Both the position numbers and the translations under genes were made by a program. The notes under the pieces were generated by a model. It made no database searches and was not told the DNA's origin. It saw nothing but the letters and a program-made list of their open reading frames with translations. From Deltaproteobacteria bacterium (GTDB lineage Bacteria; Desulfobacterota; Desulfobacteria; Desulfobacterales; SG8-13), in the NCBI GenBank assembly GCA_041299015.1, contig JBFYWB010000084.1, positions 17,049 to 81,048 of the forward strand: DNA of 64,000 bases, in the 5' to 3' direction. Within the stretch, counting starts at the first letter, position 1. Each line of letters begins with the position of its first letter. This document shows positions 50,169-59,892 of the stretch, in pieces.

Positions 50169-51191
50169 TCAACAAAACAGCTTCACATATTCGCCGTAGC
50201 CTTCTTTCTCCAGGTCTTCCTCGGCAATGAACCGCAACGCGGCCGAATTGATACAGTAGCGCCGTCCCCCGGGCGGCGGGCCATCCGGGAAGACGTGCCC
50301 CAGGTGAGAATCGCCGTGTCGGCTGCGAACTTCGGTCCGCACCATGAAAAAGCTTTGGTCCTTTTTTTCGACGACGTGCTCCGGCTCGAGAACCTTGATG
50401 AAGCTTGGCCAACCCGTACCGGAATCGAATTTATCGGTCGAGCTGAACAGCGGCTCACCGGAGACGATGTCTACGTAAATACCCGGCCGATGATTGTCCC
50501 AGAATTCGTTGGTGAAGGCCGGCTCGGTGGCGTTCTCGCGGGTGACCTTGTACTGCAGCGGCGTCAGTTTTTGCTGCAGCGCAGCATCATCGGGCTTGGC
50601 ATACCGTTTAGTCGTGTCCGCTTTTTCGGCGGCTGCCGCGACCTCACCCCAGATTTTTTCGATGAACCGGTCCCGGCCCGAAGCGTGGCGGTAAGCCTCG
50701 TAGCGCAAGGGACTCTTTTTATGATAGCCCTGATGGTACTCCTCGGCCTTATAAAAAGTGGTCAAGGGCAGAATGGGAGTGGCGATAGCCCTGCTGAACC
50801 TCCCTGAACGGGCCAACTCCGCTTTCGATGCCTCCGCCTTCCGCTTCTGTTCCTCATTGTGATAGAAAATGGCCGTCCGGTATTGCGGCCCCCTGTCGAC
50901 GAACTGCCCCCCGCTGTCGGTGGGGTCCACATGCCGCCAGAAAGCGTCCAGCAACTTCCGGTAGGTCACCTTCTGCGGATCGTAAAAGACCTGCACGGCT
51001 TCATAGTGTCCGGTGCTGCCGGAGCATACCTCCTGGTAAGTCGGATTTGGTTTTGAGCCTCCGGTGTACCCGGAAACCACCTCGGCGACGCCCTCGATCT
51101 TTTCAAGGTCCGACTCCGAACACCAGAAGCAACCGCCGGCAAAGGTTGCCGTATCTAAATGTTTGAATGCGGGTTCCATAAATGATCTCAC
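50169..51191 (-). CDS. msrAB: Bifunctional methionine sulfoxide reductase MsrA/MsrB
   Basis: GGCFWC, GHYEAV, AEEYHQ; [24 protein letters not shown]. Confidence 0.95.
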   Translation of the reverse strand: MRSFMEPAFKHLDTATFAGGCFWCSESDLEKIEGVAEVVSGYTGGSKPNPTYQEVCSGSTGHYEAVQVFYDPQKVTYRKLLDAFWRHVDPTDSGGQFVDRGPQYRTAIFYHNEEQKRKAEASKAELARSGRFSRAIATPILPLTTFYKAEEYHQGYHKKSPLRYEAYRHASGRDRFIEKIWGEVAAAAEKADTTKRYAKPDDAALQQKLTPLQYKVTRENATEPAFTNEFWDNHRPGIYVDIVSGEPLFSSTDKFDSGTGWPSFIKVLEPEHVVEKKDQSFFMVRTEVRSRHGDSHLGHVFPDGPPPGGRRYCINSAALRFIAEEDLEKEGYGEYVKLFC

Positions 51192-51201
51192 TTCTCCTCC
51201 G

Positions 51202-51612
51202 TTAGAGGCTCGCCTTGTCGTAAACGTTGCAGATGCAGCATAAAAATGTGCCCGGTTCGGTAGCGCTGACGTTTTTCATCCCGTGCGGCTCCATGCTGGG
51301 AATATAGATGACGTCGCCGGGCCCGCAGATCACGCTTTTAACCGGCGTGTCGGTTTGAGGATCGTACTGGCAGCATTCGAACCGTCCGCTGAGGATATAC
51401 ATGGTCTGTTGATAGAAGTGGTCGTGAATGGGGATTTCACCGCCGGGCCGGGCCGTGAAGTATCTCAGGCCGTACTCCGGGTAGCCCGTGTCGTCTTCTC
51501 CGGCCTTAGATAGCCAGCGCACGCTGATCCCCTTGACATCATGCTGTTTTCCCCGATAGGGAAATTTTTCTATTCTGACGTCCTCGCGGTCTTTCCAGTT
51601 CAACACGTCCAT
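51202..51612 (-). CDS. Cupin-domain protein
   Basis: [17 protein letters not shown] ... YIPSMEPHG cupin motifs. Confidence 0.8.
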   Translation of the reverse strand: MDVLNWKDREDVRIEKFPYRGKQHDVKGISVRWLSKAGEDDTGYPEYGLRYFTARPGGEIPIHDHFYQQTMYILSGRFECCQYDPQTDTPVKSVICGPGDVIYIPSMEPHGMKNVSATEPGTFLCCICNVYDKASL

Positions 51613-51949
51613 GATCTTTGTCCTCTTTCCGGCGGTGCCTTTTGCCCTTAAAGAGCCCCACGCCGGCATTGCTGGTTGGCAGAATCTATCTATGCGAATG
51701 TTGGTAAGATAGTGCAGGCCCATTTTCCGTCAACTTGCGCTCCCCCGGCCTCGTCGGGATGGTGATTAAAAAGGGATGAACTTATCGACGAAGGGGCTAC
51801 GGAAGAGACCGTTTTGCCCCGCTTTGTCATTGAAAGGCGGGTTTCGATTTATCGGCTAGAGCCTCTTGAATTGCGACCCAAACATGGGCGACGAAAATTC
51901 GCTTTACGTTTTTTCCCGACCTGTTAAAATCCGTAAAAGGATTGCAAAG

Positions 51950-52030
51950 ATGAACATCAAACGCGCATAAACGACGGATGAGCTTGAAGAGATCCGCCGC
52001 CTGTTCCGGGAATACGAGGCTTTTCTCGAC
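51950..52030 (+). pseudogene. GNAT acetyltransferase N-terminal relic
   Basis: MNIKRA*TTDELEEIRRLFREYEAFLD, with an in-frame TAA at 51968; similarity then ends. Confidence 0.6.
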
Positions 52031-52113
52031 TTTGGAATTGCCCTTGAGACCAGCGCAAGGCTGACCCGTCTCCAACAGAGATGCGGCGCCGTGCCTTCAC
52101 CACCGGTTTGTCC

Positions 52114-52716
52114 ATGGCTCCACGTGCGCGCATCGAAAAATTGAACTGGAAGCCCGGAAACGTGCTGGCCCCGGTTCCCGCCGTACTCGTGAGCTGCGGC
52201 GGAACCCAGGCCTGCAAACCGAATTTGATCACCATCGCCTGGACCGGGAGCATTTGCAGTCGTCCGCCCATGCTCTCGATTTCGGTGCGTCCCGAACGCT
52301 ATTCCCATGCTATCATTCAGACAACGGGTGAGTTCGTGGTGAACGTGCCCTCCCTCCGGCAGGCAAAGGCGACCGACTGGTGCGGCATGGTTTCCGGCCG
52401 CAGTGTGGATAAATTCAAAAGCACCGGGCTCACCCCGGCGCCGGCCCTGAAAGTGCAGTGCCCGATTGTCCTTGAGTGTCCACTCAACATCGAATGCCGG
52501 GTACAGGAAGAATTGAAACTCGGCTCGCACACCCTGTTCGCGGCGGAAGTGGTGGCGGTTCAGGTGACCTCATCTCTGTTGAACCCGAAAGGACGGCTGT
52601 GTCTGGAAAAGGCCGGTTTGCTGGCCTTTGCGCACGGTCAGTATTTTGCGCTCGGGCGTATCATCGGCCGGTTCGGCTTTTCAGTCACAAAACGCAAACG
52701 TAAAATCCGTCGCTGA
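52114..52716 (+). CDS. Flavin reductase (DIM6/NTAB, flavoredoxin-like) family protein
   Basis: PVPAVLVS, NLITIAW, GEFVVN, ECPLNIEC, LGSHTLF; start uncertain. Confidence 0.87.
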   Translation: MAPRARIEKLNWKPGNVLAPVPAVLVSCGGTQACKPNLITIAWTGSICSRPPMLSISVRPERYSHAIIQTTGEFVVNVPSLRQAKATDWCGMVSGRSVDKFKSTGLTPAPALKVQCPIVLECPLNIECRVQEELKLGSHTLFAAEVVAVQVTSSLLNPKGRLCLEKAGLLAFAHGQYFALGRIIGRFGFSVTKRKRKIRR

Positions 52717-52789
52717 GAGGTGCCATCGCCGTTGCGGGCGACCCACGTGCGGGGGATGCCTGATAATTCCGGCAAAATCCGGTCGCGGG

Positions 52790-54559
52790 TTATTTAATCG
52801 ACAACCCTGGGTCTGTTTCCGGCCGCGGGTCCCCTCCGACACCGCCGGACGGCGCGATGCCGATCGCATTCTTGCCCCTTTTCTTTATCGCAAACATGGC
52901 TTTGTCGGCCAGGGCGAGCAGAGCGGTCCGGTCGGGGGCGTCTTCGGGAAAAGTGGCGACCCCGAAACTGGCGCTGAGCTTCACTTTATACCCCTGGCCG
53001 GTAAGGAAGATTGTTTTGCGCAGGCGGGTCTGAATTTCCTTGGCCTTTAGGGCGGCCTGTTTTTTCGTGAACCCCGGCAGCGCGACGACGAATTCGTCGC
53101 CGCCGTAGGCCACTCCGAAAGCCGGTTCGATTAACGCGCCTTGTATGGTGGCGGCCACTTCCTGAAGTGTCCGGCTGCCGTTGAGATGACCGTAGGTGTC
53201 GACGACGTGCTTAAAATTATCCATGTCCAGGAAAATCAGTGAAAACGGCATACCGGAGGCTTCGCTCTCGGCAATCAGGTCCGCCAGGGCTTTGTACATG
53301 TAGCGGGTGTTGTAGAGCCCGGTCAGGTTGTCGAGGATCGACAGCCGCCGAAATTTTTCCTCGTTCTGGCGCAGTTCTTCTTCAGCGAGTTTCTTGGCCG
53401 TGTTGTCGACGAGGATCCCCTCTATGACAGGCTTCCCGTCATCGTCTGCGGTGAGCCTGACGTTGAACAGAAGCCAAAGCGGCAGCCCGTCTTTGCGTTT
53501 GAATTTAACTTCGTAGTTTGCCAACGTGCCCTCTTTCTGCAATGCGGCCAGCATGTGTTGGCGGTCTTCAGGATGAAAGTAGAGCGCGGATATATCCTGC
53601 TGCGCAGCCAGCAGTTCTTCGAGGGAGTGGTATCCCAGAATGCGGACGCACGCTGGGTTGGCGCGCAGCAGTTCACCGGAAAGCGAGCTCTGAAACATCC
53701 CTTGAACGGCATTTTCATACATGCGCCGGTAGCGTTCCTCGGCAAGACGCAGCCGTTGCTGCACGAGTTTCAATTCCGTTAAGTCCGACAGGAAGGACAC
53801 GTAACCGGTGATCAGCCCCGCTTCACCCCGCAGGGTGCTTCGGTTATAGAGCAGGGCGATTTCTCCGCCGCCTTTTACCGAGAACTGCGCTTCGAAGCTG
53901 ATGTGGTCCTGGCTGGCGAAATAAAACATGACCGTTTTCTTATCGTAAAGCGTATCCGGCGCTTTGCCGATGAGCTCTTCGCGCTCGCAGCCGAGCATCT
54001 GTAAGAGGGACCTGTTCACATCGATGATTGCAAAATGCGGATCCATGAGGATGTAGCCGCCCGAAGTGGTATCGATGACGCGTCGGTACTTCTCCTCGCT
54101 GCGGCGGAGTTCCTGCTCGGTCTTCTTTCTGCGGGTCATATCCGTAAAAAAAAAGAAGACCGACGGATCGGCATCCGTCGAAAACAGCACCACCCTGAGC
54201 CGGGCCCATTTGAGATTGTCCGCTCGGTCGACGATTCTGAACGGCGGCAGCCGGAAGACCGGTGCGCTCCCAAGCGATTTTTCGTATTGGCGCAGCACCG
54301 CTTGTCTGTCTTCCGGATGGATAAAATCAGCCAGCCAGCGTGCCGAAAAGTCCTGCCGGGTCAATCCAAACAGGTCTTCCGCTCTGGGATTGGCAAATAA
54401 AATTTTGTCGCCGCGGGCCACCACTATCGCTTCACCCGAATTCTCGATCAGAGCGCGATACACCGGCAGGGCCTCATTTTCCTTTTGGCAGGCTGCCGCT
54501 TGGGCCTCAAGGGCGCGATAGCTTTCTCCGTGATTTTTATCGTCCGTTTTTCGAGCCAT
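52790..54559 (-). CDS. PAS-PAS-PAS-GGDEF dinucleotide cyclase (Hypr-type Ser)
   Basis: Three PAS domains; DNLTGLYN, DMDNFK..VDTYGHLNGS, YGGDEF, SFGVA. Confidence 0.9.
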   Translation of the reverse strand: MARKTDDKNHGESYRALEAQAAACQKENEALPVYRALIENSGEAIVVARGDKILFANPRAEDLFGLTRQDFSARWLADFIHPEDRQAVLRQYEKSLGSAPVFRLPPFRIVDRADNLKWARLRVVLFSTDADPSVFFFFTDMTRRKKTEQELRRSEEKYRRVIDTTSGGYILMDPHFAIIDVNRSLLQMLGCEREELIGKAPDTLYDKKTVMFYFASQDHISFEAQFSVKGGGEIALLYNRSTLRGEAGLITGYVSFLSDLTELKLVQQRLRLAEERYRRMYENAVQGMFQSSLSGELLRANPACVRILGYHSLEELLAAQQDISALYFHPEDRQHMLAALQKEGTLANYEVKFKRKDGLPLWLLFNVRLTADDDGKPVIEGILVDNTAKKLAEEELRQNEEKFRRLSILDNLTGLYNTRYMYKALADLIAESEASGMPFSLIFLDMDNFKHVVDTYGHLNGSRTLQEVAATIQGALIEPAFGVAYGGDEFVVALPGFTKKQAALKAKEIQTRLRKTIFLTGQGYKVKLSASFGVATFPEDAPDRTALLALADKAMFAIKKRGKNAIGIAPSGGVGGDPRPETDPGLSIK

Positions 54560-54661
54560 CTGCCGCTCGCATGTCAAATTGTTCCGAAGGGGACCCGGGG
54601 CGGCCACCAGGCCCGGTCATGCCCTCGGGGACCTCGGGGCGCTTGGGGCCACGGCCAGCGG

Positions 54662-55861
54662 TCAATCCAGAACCTCCACCGACGGGATGTTGAAAAGCCT
54701 TTTTAAGACTTCATCGAAATAGTCGGGCAGGTATCGGTACCAGAGCTTGATCGGCGTCTGCTCCGATTCCCCCCGTTTCGAGGCCGGCAGCATGAAGAGG
54801 TACCCCATGAGATACTCGATGTTGCGGGCCAATTGGCCGTTGTATTGCTGCTCCAGGCGCTGGCGGATGATCCGGTCTTCGTGCATGCAGCGACCGATCT
54901 CGCTCTCCAGCATCTCCTGGTAGTCGGAGAGAATGACCTCCAGATTGACGCTGTCTTCTCCGGAGAGGATGAACTCCCTGAAAGCGCGGTTGGCGGCAGC
55001 AGGGGCGGCCCCCCGCATCCGCATCACATTGATGAGGCGCTCGCCCAGTGGAATTGAAGCCATTTGTTCCCGGTCTGGCCGCAGGCGCACGATGAGGTTG
55101 ACCGCATTGTATCTGCCCGTGTGCGGCTCGATTTCGATCACCTCGCACCCCCGCATATTGCCGATCAGGTCCATGAACCGACTGCGGTCGGTTTGTTCAA
55201 CGATCGCCTTGAGACCGGCCACGTCCTGGATAACCAGACCGTCGGCATCTCGAATCGGCTGCCCCTGCCTGAGGTCATCCAGCACGCGGCTCTCCGCTTT
55301 GAGAAATTCGGCGGTCATGTCTTCGGGCGGTGTGATCAAATGCTCGCGGGATATCCCTTTGAGCCGCGCACGGTCTTCCGCAAGGTCCTCCGCCCGGCGT
55401 TTTATGGTCGCGTACAGTCTGTCGATGATACGTCGGGCACTTTTTTCGGCCAACCGGCGGACCCGCTTGATGCGGTTGGAGCCGATATAGCAGGATCCGT
55501 CCGGACCGCCGCTGAAAAACAGGGTACCGTGAAAAGGGGTTTCACGGTAATACAGCTCCGGACTGCAGCGGTAAGCGTTCAGGATTTCGTCCACCCGTGC
55601 GTTCCGGTAGGGGACATTGGTCACGATGACGTTTTTAAGATCGCCTTTGAGACAGACCTTGCGAACCTGGAGCGCATGCGGATGAAAGCGCTGGAAGATC
55701 TGCTCCGAGAAGGCGGCCAGATAACGAGACACATAGGCATTGTTGAAGTAGACCAATTGCGCAAGGTCATCCCCGTCCGTGCGTTGGGGGTTGCCGTACA
55801 TCCAGCGCTGGATCAAGTCCCGCAGGGCATCGCGGTGTAGATAGCTGCCGATGGTGATCAT
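54662..55861 (-). CDS. Hypothetical protein with a divergent RelA/SpoT synthetase-like core
   Basis: RIKRVRRLAEK, DVAGLKAI, YNAVNL, LEVIL and SEIGRCMH occur in RSH motif order; ATG 55861 lies 10 bp after the upstream stop. Confidence 0.7.
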   Translation of the reverse strand: MITIGSYLHRDALRDLIQRWMYGNPQRTDGDDLAQLVYFNNAYVSRYLAAFSEQIFQRFHPHALQVRKVCLKGDLKNVIVTNVPYRNARVDEILNAYRCSPELYYRETPFHGTLFFSGGPDGSCYIGSNRIKRVRRLAEKSARRIIDRLYATIKRRAEDLAEDRARLKGISREHLITPPEDMTAEFLKAESRVLDDLRQGQPIRDADGLVIQDVAGLKAIVEQTDRSRFMDLIGNMRGCEVIEIEPHTGRYNAVNLIVRLRPDREQMASIPLGERLINVMRMRGAAPAAANRAFREFILSGEDSVNLEVILSDYQEMLESEIGRCMHEDRIIRQRLEQQYNGQLARNIEYLMGYLFMLPASKRGESEQTPIKLWYRYLPDYFDEVLKRLFNIPSVEVLD

Positions 55862-55871
55862 CTTTTCAGTC

Positions 55872-57380
55872 TCAGGTGGAAAAGGATGGACGTTTCGGTT
55901 GACGTCTCTCACTTGCCTGACGCGACCACTCATAAAGCGCTATGGCTGCGGCCGCGGCGGCATTCAGGGACTCGACCGCCGCACGAATCGGGATGCGCCG
56001 GGCCGTCCGGCGCCAGGCCGCCGGCAGACCGGGCCCCTCGAGACCGATCAGCAGTCCGAAAGACGGAGGAAATACCGTGGCGCGGATGTCGTCACCCTCG
56101 GCCGAGAGCGCTATAATCGGCAGGTCGGCCGGCAATTCTTTCAGGGACGGTCCGTGCACAAGCCGGGTGGACATCACCGTTGCGCCTGATGCCCGGAGTG
56201 ACTTGGGATGAAAAGGGTGGGCGCTTTCGGCCAGCAGGATCACCTGACCGACACCGAAGGCGGCCGCCGAACGGATGACGGCCCCGACGTTTTCAGGGTC
56301 CTGAAAGGGGACCAGCAGATTGCAGCCTTCCGCAAATCCGTCACTCGCCCGCCAGGATGGGAACGGTGGGACCCTAAGAAGAAGCAGGGGGGCGTGTGTG
56401 CCAAAAACATCGAGCATCTCGAACAATCGCGGGGCCAATTGATACCAGGCGAGTCGATCGGGGGCGTCGGCCGGCGGCGGTTGCCGATCATCCGAACTGA
56501 TCCAGGCCTCGCAATGAGCGGGATGATTTTTGAGCGCTTCGGCGATCGGCTTGGATCCGGCAAACAGGGCCCGGCCCCATTTTTTGATCCCGCGACCGCC
56601 GAGCAGTTTTTTCATCTCCTTGAAAATGGTGTTGCTTTCGCTTGCGATCATTTTCACCGGGAAACGCACCCCGGCGTCGGCGTTGGGAATGCTGCGCGGC
56701 TGGTCGATACGCTCCATGACGACGAGGCGGCGCCGATGGCGGGTGTGGGGAATGATGTAAGCGCGATCCTCGACCGGCTTGTAGACCGACAGCCACCGGT
56801 TGCGGACCTCATCCAACTCCGCTTCGCAGTGCGGACCCTTCATGAAGATCACCCTGCCGCCGGGTGCCAGGCACCCGCGGACCCGCTCCAATGTCTTGGC
56901 CATGGTTTCCACGGCCCGGGTGATGACGCCGGCCACCGGTTCCTCAAAACCGGCGCCGATTTTCTTTTCGATAATGCGCACACCCTCCAGTTGCAGCCGA
57001 TCGACGACCGCGGCCAGGAAATCGACCCGCTTGCGGCGGCTTTCGGCCAGAAGGATCTCCAAATGCGGCTGATAGATCTTGAGGGGGATACCGGGCATGC
57101 CGGGACCGGTTCCCAGGTCCAGCAGGGGCGAGGGAAGTTGCATCAGGTCGGCGGGCAGGATCGAATCGACGTACAACTTTATGACCATGTTGTCGAAATT
57201 GTGCACCCGCGTCAGGTTGAGCTCCGGGTTGCTCTGCCGCAACATCCCGTGGTAAGTCCACAACTGTTGGACCTGCAGGGCCGACAAATGAATGCCGCAT
57301 CTGTCGAAGAGGGCCACCATCTTTTCCGGTCCGGGTGAGCCGATGCAGCCGGAAGAACTTTCTTGACTGGTTTGCTTCAT
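55872..57380 (-). CDS. rsmG: 16S rRNA m7G527 methyltransferase RsmG fused to a TrmH/SpoU methyltransferase
   Basis: NLTRV...H/Y.DS, LLDLGTGPGMPGIPL, ITRAV; then QDPENVGAVIRSAAAFG, GLEGPGL, VESLNA. Confidence 0.85.
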   Translation of the reverse strand: MKQTSQESSSGCIGSPGPEKMVALFDRCGIHLSALQVQQLWTYHGMLRQSNPELNLTRVHNFDNMVIKLYVDSILPADLMQLPSPLLDLGTGPGMPGIPLKIYQPHLEILLAESRRKRVDFLAAVVDRLQLEGVRIIEKKIGAGFEEPVAGVITRAVETMAKTLERVRGCLAPGGRVIFMKGPHCEAELDEVRNRWLSVYKPVEDRAYIIPHTRHRRRLVVMERIDQPRSIPNADAGVRFPVKMIASESNTIFKEMKKLLGGRGIKKWGRALFAGSKPIAEALKNHPAHCEAWISSDDRQPPPADAPDRLAWYQLAPRLFEMLDVFGTHAPLLLLRVPPFPSWRASDGFAEGCNLLVPFQDPENVGAVIRSAAAFGVGQVILLAESAHPFHPKSLRASGATVMSTRLVHGPSLKELPADLPIIALSAEGDDIRATVFPPSFGLLIGLEGPGLPAAWRRTARRIPIRAAVESLNAAAAAAIALYEWSRQASERRQPKRPSFST

Positions 57381-57431
57381 GGTATCGTGTGCGGTAGAAC
57401 AGGATTGCTGGTTATCGATTAAGGGATCCCC

Positions 57432-58235
57432 ATGCGCTCCGATAGCTGTCTTTATCATCCCCGCTGGCCGGTTTTCTTCGAGGACAACCACCTGCTCGCG
57501 CTCTTCAAGCCGGCCGGCCTGCTCGCACAGGGAGATCATTCCGGGGCAGCGTGCCTGTTGGATCTGGCCAAGCGCTGGCTGAAAGACCGATATGCCAAAC
57601 CCGGCCGGGTGTTTCTCGGCCTGGTACACCGCCTGGATCGACCGGTGGCGGGCGTGATGCTCTTCGCACGCACCTCCAAAGCCGCCGCGCGCTTGAGCGC
57701 CCAGTTTCGTTCTCAAACGATCCAGAAAACCTATCTGGCGGTCGTCGAAGGCACGCCCCTGAAGCCGAACGGAACCCTTTGCGATCACATCGCACGACAG
57801 GGGCCGGCCGGCCGCATCCTTTCCGAACCCACCGCGCGCAGCCGCGAAGCGCGGCTGCAGTATCGTCTGATCGGCAGCACCGGGGACCGGAGTTTGCTGC
57901 AGGTGGCGCTGCAAACCGGCCGGCGTCATCAGATCCGGCTGCAGCTCTCCCACGCCGGTCATGCGATCATCGGGGATGTGCGCTATGGCGCCGCCGGCCC
58001 CTTGCAGGACCGGCAGATCGCACTGTTGGCCCGGGAGGTCACCGTCATGCACCCCGTCCGCAAAACGCCGCTGCGATTGGTCTGTCCCCTGCCGACCGGG
58101 TGGCCCTGGCCGGCGGCTGCGGAGCAAGGCCCGGCCCCCTACTGGAATTATGCCGATTTTTTCCGCGAAGGTGTCGGTTTTGCTCCGCCGGACGCGGGCC
58201 CCGGGGTTACTCCCGGGTCAACTGTCGGTATTTGA
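57432..58235 (+). CDS. RluA-family pseudouridine synthase
   Basis: KPAGLL, HRLDRPVAG (catalytic Asp), TGRRHQIR, IIGDVRYG. Confidence 0.92.
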   Translation: MRSDSCLYHPRWPVFFEDNHLLALFKPAGLLAQGDHSGAACLLDLAKRWLKDRYAKPGRVFLGLVHRLDRPVAGVMLFARTSKAAARLSAQFRSQTIQKTYLAVVEGTPLKPNGTLCDHIARQGPAGRILSEPTARSREARLQYRLIGSTGDRSLLQVALQTGRRHQIRLQLSHAGHAIIGDVRYGAAGPLQDRQIALLAREVTVMHPVRKTPLRLVCPLPTGWPWPAAAEQGPAPYWNYADFFREGVGFAPPDAGPGVTPGSTVGI

Positions 58236-59892
58236 TCCGGTGGGGCTGGTCCGCGGCCGAACCCAACCGGCTGCGCCGGTCGGCTTCATAGTCCGAGTAG
58301 TTCCCATCGAACCACAGCGCGCGGCTATTGCCTTCAAAGGCCAGGATGTGGGTTGCGATCCGGTCCAGGAACCAGCGATCGTGACTGATGACCACGGCAC
58401 AGCCGGCGAAATTCTCGAGGGCCTCTTCCAACGCCCTCAAGGTGTTGACGTCCAGGTCGTTGGTCGGTTCGTCGAGCAGCAGAACATTGGCGCCCTGTTT
58501 CAGCATCCGGGCCAAATGAACCCGGTTGCGCTCGCCGCCCGAAAGCATACCGATCCGTTTCTGCTGGTCGGCGCCTGAAAAATTAAAGCGTGCCACGTAG
58601 GCGCGCGACTTGACGCTCAGGTCCCCCAGCTCGACCACATCCTCGCCATCGGCGATCGTTTCCCAGACCGTTTTTTGCGGATCGAGCACGTCGCGGCTCT
58701 GGTCGACATAGGCCAGGCGGACCGTGTCGCCCATGCGGATGCTGCCGTTATCCGGCGGTTCCTGTCCGGTGATCATCCGAAACAGCGTGGTCTTGCCGGC
58801 GCCATTGGGGCCGATGACGCCGACGATGGCGCCCGGCGTCAGGGTGAAGCTCAATTCTTCCAACAAGAGCCGCTCGCCGTAAGACTTGGTGAGGTTGAGG
58901 GCCTCCACGACCAGATTACCCAGCCGGGGCCCCGGTGGAATGAAGATTTCCATGTCTTCGACCCGCTTGGCATTTTCCAGCGAGAGCATCTGTTCGTAGG
59001 CCTGGATGCGCGCCTTCGACTTGGTGCGCCGCGCCTTGGGAGACATGCGGATCCATTCCAACTCGCGCTGCAGGGTTCTCTGGCGCTTGCTCTCGCCCTT
59101 TTCCTCATGCTGCAGACGGTTTTGCTTCTGCTCCAGCCACGAACTATAGTTGCCCTTCCAGGGGATTCCCCGCCCGCGGTCCAGTTCCAGAATCCAACCG
59201 GCCACATTGTCCAGAAAATAGCGATCGTGGGTCACGGCAATGACCGTGCCCGCATACTGCTGAAGATGGTGTTCCAGCCAGGCCACGGTTTCGGCGTCGA
59301 GATGGTTGGTGGGTTCATCGAGCAGCAGGATATCCGGTTTCTGCAGCAACAGCCGGCAGAGCGCCACGCGGCGGCGCTCACCGCCCGACAGAATCTTGAC
59401 CGGGGTCTCTCCCGGAGGGCAGCGCAGCGCCTCCATAGCCATCTCGAGCCGCGCGTCGAGGTCCCAGGCATCCCGGGTATCCAGCTGTTCCTGGATTTCT
59501 CCCTGGCGCTCGAGGAGCCGGTTCATATTTTCCTCGGACATCGGCTCGGCCAGTTGCTCGTTGACCTGGTTGTAGGTCTCTATCAGATCAACGGTTTCCT
59601 GAACACCCTGCTGGACGACGTCGCGTACGTTTTTCGCGTCGTCCAACGCCGGTTCCTGTTCGAGGAAACCGATCGTAAAACCGGGCGAGACGATCGTCTG
59701 GCCGACGAAGTCTTTGTCGAGCCCGGCCATGATGCGCAGCAGAGAGCTCTTGCCGGACCCGTTCAGTCCGAGCACCCCGATTTTGGCGCCGTAAAAATAG
59801 GAAAGGGAGATATCCTGCAGCACGGGCCGCTTGTCATGATACTTGGCGACGCCGATCATCGAATAAATTATCTTGTTGGGTTGATCGCTCAT
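58207..59892 (-). CDS. ettA: ABC-F energy-dependent translational throttle protein
   Basis: LSYFYGAKIGVLGLNGSGKS, two ABC domains, ELEWIRMSPKAR, KYRQLTR C-terminus. Confidence 0.96.
   Translation of the reverse strand: MSDQPNKIIYSMIGVAKYHDKRPVLQDISLSYFYGAKIGVLGLNGSGKSSLLRIMAGLDKDFVGQTIVSPGFTIGFLEQEPALDDAKNVRDVVQQGVQETVDLIETYNQVNEQLAEPMSEENMNRLLERQGEIQEQLDTRDAWDLDARLEMAMEALRCPPGETPVKILSGGERRRVALCRLLLQKPDILLLDEPTNHLDAETVAWLEHHLQQYAGTVIAVTHDRYFLDNVAGWILELDRGRGIPWKGNYSSWLEQKQNRLQHEEKGESKRQRTLQRELEWIRMSPKARRTKSKARIQAYEQMLSLENAKRVEDMEIFIPPGPRLGNLVVEALNLTKSYGERLLLEELSFTLTPGAIVGVIGPNGAGKTTLFRMITGQEPPDNGSIRMGDTVRLAYVDQSRDVLDPQKTVWETIADGEDVVELGDLSVKSRAYVARFNFSGADQQKRIGMLSGGERNRVHLARMLKQGANVLLLDEPTNDLDVNTLRALEEALENFAGCAVVISHDRWFLDRIATHILAFEGNSRALWFDGNYSDYEADRRSRLGSAADQPHRIKYRQLTRE

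Noticed and set aside
50169-51191. Selenocysteine or Zn-type MsrB
   Set aside because: Catalytic residues are Cys codons and the Zn CxxC motifs are absent, as is usual for fused MsrAB
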